Of a stretch of DNA of 64,000 nucleotides, positions 58,467-64,000 are shown piece after piece. This DNA comes from Candidatus Marinacidobacterium sp. (GTDB taxonomy: Bacteria; Acidobacteriota; Vicinamibacteria; Marinacidobacterales; Marinacidobacteraceae). The notes below the pieces were generated by a model, which did no database searches, was not told the DNA's origin, and was given only the letters and a program-made list of their open reading frames with translations. Location of the stretch: positions 256,001-320,000 of the forward strand of contig CBDCRI010000001.1 in the NCBI GenBank assembly GCA_965220965.1, written 5' to 3'. How positions within the stretch are numbered: position 1 is the first letter of the stretch; every line of letters starts with the position of its first letter. The translations under genes and the position numbers were made by a program.

Positions 58467-58673
58467 CTAGTCCACCGTGACGCAGGCGCACGGCCAGGGC
58501 ATGTCGTCGGTGTCGGGCCGGCTCCGCTCCGCGATGTGCGTCAGCCCGTGCTTGACGGCGTTGCGGGTGGCCTCCACGAACGGGAGGCACTTCGGGCAGG
58601 TGTCGACCTGATAGGTCTCCCCTGTGTCGCTGCGGGTCTCATAGGTCGTGATGACCTTGGATTGGGACGTCAT
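58467..58673 (-). CDS. small Cys-containing protein
   Basis: GGAGG RBS, CPKC...CAC; TGGTATAAT promoter. Confidence 0.5.
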   Translation of the reverse strand: MTSQSKVITTYETRSDTGETYQVDTCPKCLPFVEATRNAVKHGLTHIAERSRPDTDDMPWPCACVTVD

Positions 58674-58739
58674 TGGCCGCCTCCCGGGGCATTGCTGGAT
58701 GATGTCCGCATTATACCATGGCCGGCGCCCCGCACCGCG

Positions 58740-59363
58740 CTAGGGGGCCGGCCCGGGAGTCCCGGGCTCGGCGGGCGACGGCGGGTTGGCCTCCTGCCAG
58801 GCGGCCTTGCGCTCGTGCAGCCAAGTTTGGGTGTGGGTGAAGGTCGGCCCCACGGACGTGCAGAAGGCGGCGCCGCCATTGAACCCGTCGGCCTGCGGCC
58901 TCGAGCAGTAGTCCGCCCAGGCGAACCCCACGGGGGGGAGCCCGAAGGCCTCCACCAGCCCCGAGGCGCAGTGGCCGGCGAGCTCAACGTCGCCGTACTC
59001 CTCGGCGTAGATGCTCACGCCCCCGTCCCATGTCTCGACCAGGAAGTCGTCGCTGAGCTCATCCAAGTCCTCCGTGTCCGCATCCTTCAGGCAGTTGGGG
59101 CGCTCGATGCATAGGCGCGCGAAGAGCTTGGCGGCCAGCTGCCGCGCAACCGCACGGGCCTCGGCGTCGAACCGCGGCCCGGGCGGCTCCGCCTCCGGAA
59201 ACATGTCATCGAAGCCGAACGGGCGCCCGTGCTCAAGGGCCTGCAGCCCCTCGCGCCACCGGGCCGGGCCGTTCACGACCGCTTCAAGCGCCCACTTGGC
59301 GGCCTCGGCGCGCCCGCCCAAGTCCTCCACTCGGAACGAGAACTGGCGGTAGTTGTTGGCCAT
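58740..59363 (-). CDS. hypothetical MGE protein
   Basis: AGGAG RBS; MANNY.QFSF...GFAWA.YCSRP..DGF.GGA. Confidence 0.7.
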   Translation of the reverse strand: MANNYRQFSFRVEDLGGRAEAAKWALEAVVNGPARWREGLQALEHGRPFGFDDMFPEAEPPGPRFDAEARAVARQLAAKLFARLCIERPNCLKDADTEDLDELSDDFLVETWDGGVSIYAEEYGDVELAGHCASGLVEAFGLPPVGFAWADYCSRPQADGFNGGAAFCTSVGPTFTHTQTWLHERKAAWQEANPPSPAEPGTPGPAP

Positions 59364-59553
59364 GGACCTCTCCTGGTTGACTTGGCGGTCGCCGCCCGCG
59401 CCGCGGCCCGTGCCGGGCGAATGGCGCGCCCGGATTCATTATAGGAGGGCGGCCGGCCTTGGGCCGTTACCGTCCGCGGAAACGCCGCCATTGCCTGAGA
59501 GGGCTTGCCCAGAGGGATGGGGCGGCTCTGTGTCTGCCTGCTTTTCAGGTGGT

Positions 59554-60402
59554 CTAGGACGTCTCCAGCGCATGCTTCGTGTCCCACACCGGAGCCGAAC
59601 TGCCGTCCCGCCTCCAACATCGACGCTCGGCCAGCTCCTGAAGCAGGTACGGCATTAGCGCTCGCCGGACACGGATGACGCGCTTGCCCGTTTCAGGAAT
59701 GCCGTACTCGTGCTCGTAGCAGAGCCGCTCGTCATGGGAAAGCTCCTTGGAAAGGATGAACTCGCGTCTCTCGAACGAGTTCCAATCGTCGTCCCCATCG
59801 AGTCCGACAAAGGGCGCTTCGTCGTCTCGCCATGCATCGATGGACCGAGCAGGCACGACATCCACGTAGCGATCCTCGAGCGGCCGACTGAACTCGTCAC
59901 GGCAACCCGCTCTGTACCCTCGCACGTGATAGCGCCCCCTTGTGCGAACGAGTTCGGATGGCGAAAAGACGAATTCCTGACGGCCGGTTTTGGCTGCGTA
60001 GACCAGCCTCACTGGCTCCCTGTCGAGCCATGCAGCCACAAATTCCCGAACCGCAGCAGAAGGTGTCGCCGCGGTGAGCGACAAATCGTGTCCTCTGGCC
60101 TTGGGCACGGTCGATGCGAATGGGTTTCCCGGCAAGCCGTTGCCAATCAGCATCAGTGCAAACGCAACGCCCGGATCGATGACTTCGGGCGCCGGTTCAA
60201 AGCGTTCGTCCGGCACCAGACATCGTTCCGAACTCGGCTTATAAGGTGGCAAGAGGCCGCGAACCCGCCATTCGGAGATCAGGTTCCTTGCGGTGCGCTC
60301 GGAAACGCGCGCGAACCTCTGCACATCGCCCGCTTTGAGGCCTCCTCGCCAGAACAGCATGGTTTCAGCAAAACGGCGTGCAACTGCGCGACCAACATTC
60401 AT
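59554..60402 (-). CDS. wHTH-WYL transcriptional regulator (BrxR/CapW-like)
   Basis: LFWRG...F..S.RTA HTH; V.L.Y...R...P..L....RYHVRGY...YVD. Confidence 0.8.
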   Translation of the reverse strand: MNVGRAVARRFAETMLFWRGGLKAGDVQRFARVSERTARNLISEWRVRGLLPPYKPSSERCLVPDERFEPAPEVIDPGVAFALMLIGNGLPGNPFASTVPKARGHDLSLTAATPSAAVREFVAAWLDREPVRLVYAAKTGRQEFVFSPSELVRTRGRYHVRGYRAGCRDEFSRPLEDRYVDVVPARSIDAWRDDEAPFVGLDGDDDWNSFERREFILSKELSHDERLCYEHEYGIPETGKRVIRVRRALMPYLLQELAERRCWRRDGSSAPVWDTKHALETS

Positions 60403-60424
60403 TACAGATCAAATCTAGGTCAAC

Positions 60425-60443
60425 ACCTGCAATATTTGCAAGT
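60425..60443. promoter_or_regulatory. candidate WYL-regulator operator
   Basis: inverted repeat ACCTGCAA-TAT-TTGCAAGT between the divergent WYL and cas6 genes. Confidence 0.4.
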
Positions 60444-60507
60444 TTCACTCTCATGCAGATCACGTATGTTAGTCGGCAGTTCGTGTTGTCCAGAGGATAC
60501 ATTTGGG

Positions 60508-61236
60508 ATGCGATTCAGATTGACAGCGCCACGCGGTGAGAGTGCGCGGATTCGGTACTTGGACAGCCTCCACGCTGCACTGATCAACGCTTGGACCGCC
60601 AGTGGAGCGCAGCCCGAGCAATTGTTGGGGGGGCGTGCCGGCAACTGGTCCTTCGGGGCAGTGGGCGCCTCGAAATCCAGTGGCTTCGCGCTCAAGTCCG
60701 TAGTGATTGGGGCGGAAGACGGCGCCTTGGAGCCGTTCCTCCAAGACCTAGCTTGCGAAAACGTTCGAAAATCGTCTGTCAATGGCGACGTCATTGATCT
60801 TTCCGCTTGGGATCTGGCCCCGGAGGAGCTGCCGATTGAGTGTCCTCACGGCAGCTCGGCCGTCCTTCCGGCAATCATGCTCTCTCCGCTCGCCGTGTCC
60901 AAGCGCGGGGAAAAGAGGCGTTGGCATGACGATCTGACGAAGATCGGATCGAACCTCGAGCAGGCGGTCAGCGCGCGTCTGTCGCGACTGACTGGTCGAA
61001 AGGTGGACCTTGAGGTTGAACCCGACCGACTCTACCTTCGAGCGAATCCGAAGCACTCGACGCTGGTTCCTACCCGCACCGCCAGGGGAGCAAGGCCGGC
61101 ATTCGTGATCGGGACGCTTTGCCCGTTGCTCATCCGCGGAAGCATTGAAGACCTCCGTTCAGCCTGGGCACTCGGAATCGGCGAGAAGAATCGCTACGGA
61201 TTCGGGTGCATTGGCTACGCAGGACAACGCGCATGA
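60508..61236 (+). CDS. cas6: CRISPR-associated endoribonuclease Cas6
   Basis: C-terminal G-loop GIGEKNRYGFG; LSPL motif; GAGGA RBS. Confidence 0.85.
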   Translation: MRFRLTAPRGESARIRYLDSLHAALINAWTASGAQPEQLLGGRAGNWSFGAVGASKSSGFALKSVVIGAEDGALEPFLQDLACENVRKSSVNGDVIDLSAWDLAPEELPIECPHGSSAVLPAIMLSPLAVSKRGEKRRWHDDLTKIGSNLEQAVSARLSRLTGRKVDLEVEPDRLYLRANPKHSTLVPTRTARGARPAFVIGTLCPLLIRGSIEDLRSAWALGIGEKNRYGFGCIGYAGQRA

Positions 61237-64000
61237 CGGGCGCACCGCGGGGATTCGCTCACTCGGCAGCCGTTGAGGTCTACGGTGCCTTCCTAGACGA
61301 GTGTGTCATTGCGCACGTTGCCAAGGATCGCGTTGGCGCTCCCGCGAGGACTGCCAATGCAATCGTCGACGGCCGCCCAGTGCGCTTGGTGACGATCAGC
61401 GGGAAAGGAGGCTGGTCCCCCGATTCGCAATTGCGCGAGCGCTATTCGAAGAACCGCAACGTCAGCCTGCTGGACCACGCGCTCTCCGTGGCGCGCGGTG
61501 CGCTCATGTTCTGGCTTGCCAACGCGCCCAGAGCCTGGTCCGGCGAAAGCGACCTAAAGGAAATAGAGCAGCTAGGGTACAGTGTGGTCTGCATCGCGTT
61601 CCTTCACGACATCGACAAGGATCTGGGGTTGGCGCGCGGGGAGAAAATCCCCGCTGACGCGGTGGCCGAGCGCATGAGGCGCTACGGCATCGATGAGTTT
61701 CTCGCAAAGCATGACATCCGCATGTCGCCTGCAGCGATGCTCAACTACATCGAGGCTGTCGAGGGCACCCAAGTGGCCGGAAGCGCGCCGGCGCCGGATT
61801 TCAACGCGCGAATTGCATCCACCTGCCGTTACGTCGAGTTGGCCGACAAGCTCGATGGAACCTTCTCGAGCAATGAGCCGGGTGGAGGGGTCGAAGGAGT
61901 GGTTGCGTCACTGGGCGACCCAAACCGATGGCCGGTGCTTGGCGACGATTCGGCACTGAAGCGTTGGGAAAGGATAGAGGTTCACGATCATCTTCACCCC
62001 TTTCTCTTGGACGGACTTCAATCGGCACTATCCTCCGCCTGTGAGGACCTCTCCGGCCGCCTTCCCTTGGTCGAGGTGGTCCACGGCGGGCGCCTCCTGG
62101 CCGTGATTCCGCGAGAGCAAGCGGGACCGATCCAAGATCGTGCCCTGGAGCGCTTTCTGCAGGAACTTCCCTACGGCTTGGGCTTCTCGGTCAACAACCG
62201 GCTGGCGTGCGAGTTCGTTGGCGGAGCAGCCTCGTGGCAGGCGTGTCGCGAAGTCATGGACCAAACATCCAACTGGCGTGCCTTCGCAAACCTCCTCGCG
62301 CTCCCAAAGCCTTTTGTCCGTGAACACCGTCAAGCTGTGGACGAGCTTTTTGAGAGCGCGGGCATGTCGAGTTCGTGGAGTTCCATCGACGACGGCGGCG
62401 GCGCCACCGCGAAGCCCGCGCTGAATCACCCCGGAGGATACCCTGCTGACCTGGACATGGAGCCTGCCCATGCGCTGACGTTCCTTGCGATTGCGCTCAA
62501 CCACAGGGACAGCCCGCGCAAGGGCGGCGCGCCGGACGCCGCCTCGCGCGAACGGGAACTGACCGACCTGCTGGAGGCCAACGGCACGCCGTTGCCGCGC
62601 TTCATCGCGGCGAGCCTTGCGCGTGATGCGCGGGCGCGGCGGGTCATGCTCGCATTGTGGGCGGTGGCGGAGATATGGAAGCAGGCTGACGACGATCCAG
62701 ACTCGGCGCAGGAGCTGCTGGACCTCGTCGTTGGTCGCGGCGGCCTTGCGGGCCTGTGGATTGAAGGCGATGAAGCCCGGCCGGGGCTGGCGGCCCAGGT
62801 CGAGGATACGTCGAGTGAAATCACGAGCGCCCTTCGTGAGCGCTTTGGCGCTCAACTGAAAGGGGCCGCCGCGCGGCCGTTTGACGGCGACCAGCCCCGC
62901 AAGCGGTGCATTCTCTGCAACGAGCCGGTCCGCGAGTCACGGCGGGTGAGGACCGAATCGCGCGCCCACGGCATCAAGTCGTCCGCATTTTCGGGACGGG
63001 ATCTGCGCAACGACCACCTCGCCTCCCCTTCCGGCGACACCCACCTTTGCCTAGTGTGCCTCGCCGAGTCACAGCTGCGGCAAGATGCGCAGGAAGAGTT
63101 CAAGGGAAGCGGCGACCTTCCCGCACTCATGTCTTCCCCGACGACGACCGGCCTCTTCGGCGGGCTCGCGTTCCAAAGCGGAGGACCGGGGATCCCCATG
63201 GGCCTGAACGACCTCAATCGCCTCTCGATCAAGAAGGGACGCGTCTACGAAGGCCTCGACTGCCAGAAGCGCCGCATTCGCCTGGCCCGCCTGGAGGCCC
63301 AGCCCCGCAAGGATGGCGAGCTCGTCGCCCAGCTTCGGATGATTCTGCAAGCGGTTCGGCGGCTTGGCCGGCCGATCCACATCTTCCGTGGGGCGCCGCG
63401 CCAACACCCCGCCATCTTTCATTCCGATTCGTTGCCCACATGGCTCGAAAGGCTGCTCGGCGGCGACTCGCTGCGCATAGAACAGCTTGGCGGCGCCATG
63501 GCAAAACTGGAGTTGTTCGAGCGCATGGCCGACATGCCCGGCCTGGGAATCGAGTGGGCCAAGCAGCTTGCGGATCCCGACCACCTAGTGCGGCTCGGCG
63601 CCATTTGCGTTGCGTGGAGCCTGGCGGTCGACCGGGAGGGCGCCAGGAACGGCAAACAAGCGCGGTCCAACATTGAAGCAAAGACGCGCGAGCACGCGCT
63701 CTCGCTCATCAGAAGCACCGGAGGTGAACCAGTGAACTTGAAAAACAACGCGGACCCCCTGATTCGGCTCGCATGGCTCGCGACACGCATCCAGAAGCGG
63801 AGAGGATTCAAAGATTCAACCGGGAAGCAGCTGCTTTGCTGGAAAATCGCCGTGGACTTCTACGCGGGCGCTAGGGCTTCGACAACGCAAGATCGAACCG
63901 CCCTGATCCTCGGGCTCGCCGGCACGCTTGAGGAGGAGCTAACGAGAAAGGATGACGCGGCTGCGAAAAAGCACCGCGACGATGAGCTTCGGAAGGACCG
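61233..64000 (+). CDS. cas10d: type I-D large subunit Cas10d (partial, runs off window)
   Basis: ATGA overlap with cas6; SLLDH...AFLHDIDK HD nuclease, LADKLD, CILC...AFSGR...CLVC zinc finger; missing from ORF track because no stop in window. Confidence 0.8.
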   Translation, partial: MTGAPRGFAHSAAVEVYGAFLDECVIAHVAKDRVGAPARTANAIVDGRPVRLVTISGKGGWSPDSQLRERYSKNRNVSLLDHALSVARGALMFWLANAPRAWSGESDLKEIEQLGYSVVCIAFLHDIDKDLGLARGEKIPADAVAERMRRYGIDEFLAKHDIRMSPAAMLNYIEAVEGTQVAGSAPAPDFNARIASTCRYVELADKLDGTFSSNEPGGGVEGVVASLGDPNRWPVLGDDSALKRWERIEVHDHLHPFLLDGLQSALSSACEDLSGRLPLVEVVHGGRLLAVIPREQAGPIQDRALERFLQELPYGLGFSVNNRLACEFVGGAASWQACREVMDQTSNWRAFANLLALPKPFVREHRQAVDELFESAGMSSSWSSIDDGGGATAKPALNHPGGYPADLDMEPAHALTFLAIALNHRDSPRKGGAPDAASRERELTDLLEANGTPLPRFIAASLARDARARRVMLALWAVAEIWKQADDDPDSAQELLDLVVGRGGLAGLWIEGDEARPGLAAQVEDTSSEITSALRERFGAQLKGAAARPFDGDQPRKRCILCNEPVRESRRVRTESRAHGIKSSAFSGRDLRNDHLASPSGDTHLCLVCLAESQLRQDAQEEFKGSGDLPALMSSPTTTGLFGGLAFQSGGPGIPMGLNDLNRLSIKKGRVYEGLDCQKRRIRLARLEAQPRKDGELVAQLRMILQAVRRLGRPIHIFRGAPRQHPAIFHSDSLPTWLERLLGGDSLRIEQLGGAMAKLELFERMADMPGLGIEWAKQLADPDHLVRLGAICVAWSLAVDREGARNGKQARSNIEAKTREHALSLIRSTGGEPVNLKNNADPLIRLAWLATRIQKRRGFKDSTGKQLLCWKIAVDFYAGARASTTQDRTALILGLAGTLEEELTRKDDAAAKKHRDDELRKD
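63732..64000 (+). CDS. cas11d: putative internally initiated small subunit Cas11d
   Basis: GGAGGT at 63720-63725 and in-frame GTG 6 nt later. Confidence 0.6.
   Translation, partial: MNLKNNADPLIRLAWLATRIQKRRGFKDSTGKQLLCWKIAVDFYAGARASTTQDRTALILGLAGTLEEELTRKDDAAAKKHRDDELRKD

Noticed and set aside
59710-60507. N-terminal half of the 508-aa ORF as a Cas6 fusion
   Set aside because: Antisense to the WYL gene; Cas6 starts at 60508.

Overview
High-GC (~70%) accessory region, probably from a megaplasmid, jumbo phage or large island. No virion, integrase or conjugation genes are recognisable. The host is inferred to be a gammaproteobacterium (SutA-like protein, NrdR boxes, boxA). Most genes are on the minus strand and many have their own sigma70 promoter. 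Contents: N-terminus of a probable restriction-modification protein, dimeric-type dUTPase, MT-A70 and N6/N4 methyltransferases, class II ribonucleotide reductase, a 9-tRNA array followed by a metallophosphoesterase, DUF5131 with a decayed tcmP, an SNF2 helicase, a RecQ-UvrD fusion, many intact or decaying toxin-antitoxin modules, several nucleotidyltransferases, and the start of a type I-D CRISPR-Cas locus (WYL, cas6, cas10d with an internal cas11d start). The strongest candidate for an undescribed system is upstream of the tRNA array: a 26-codon leader ORF containing codons for all nine array tRNAs, followed by alternative terminator/antiterminator folds and a boxA-like site. This suggests a translation-sensing attenuator controlling back-up tRNAs. 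A second candidate is two convergent mini-arrays of degenerate type I-E CRISPR repeats with no cognate cas genes in the window. All calls are by eye from motifs; no database searches or folding programs were run.
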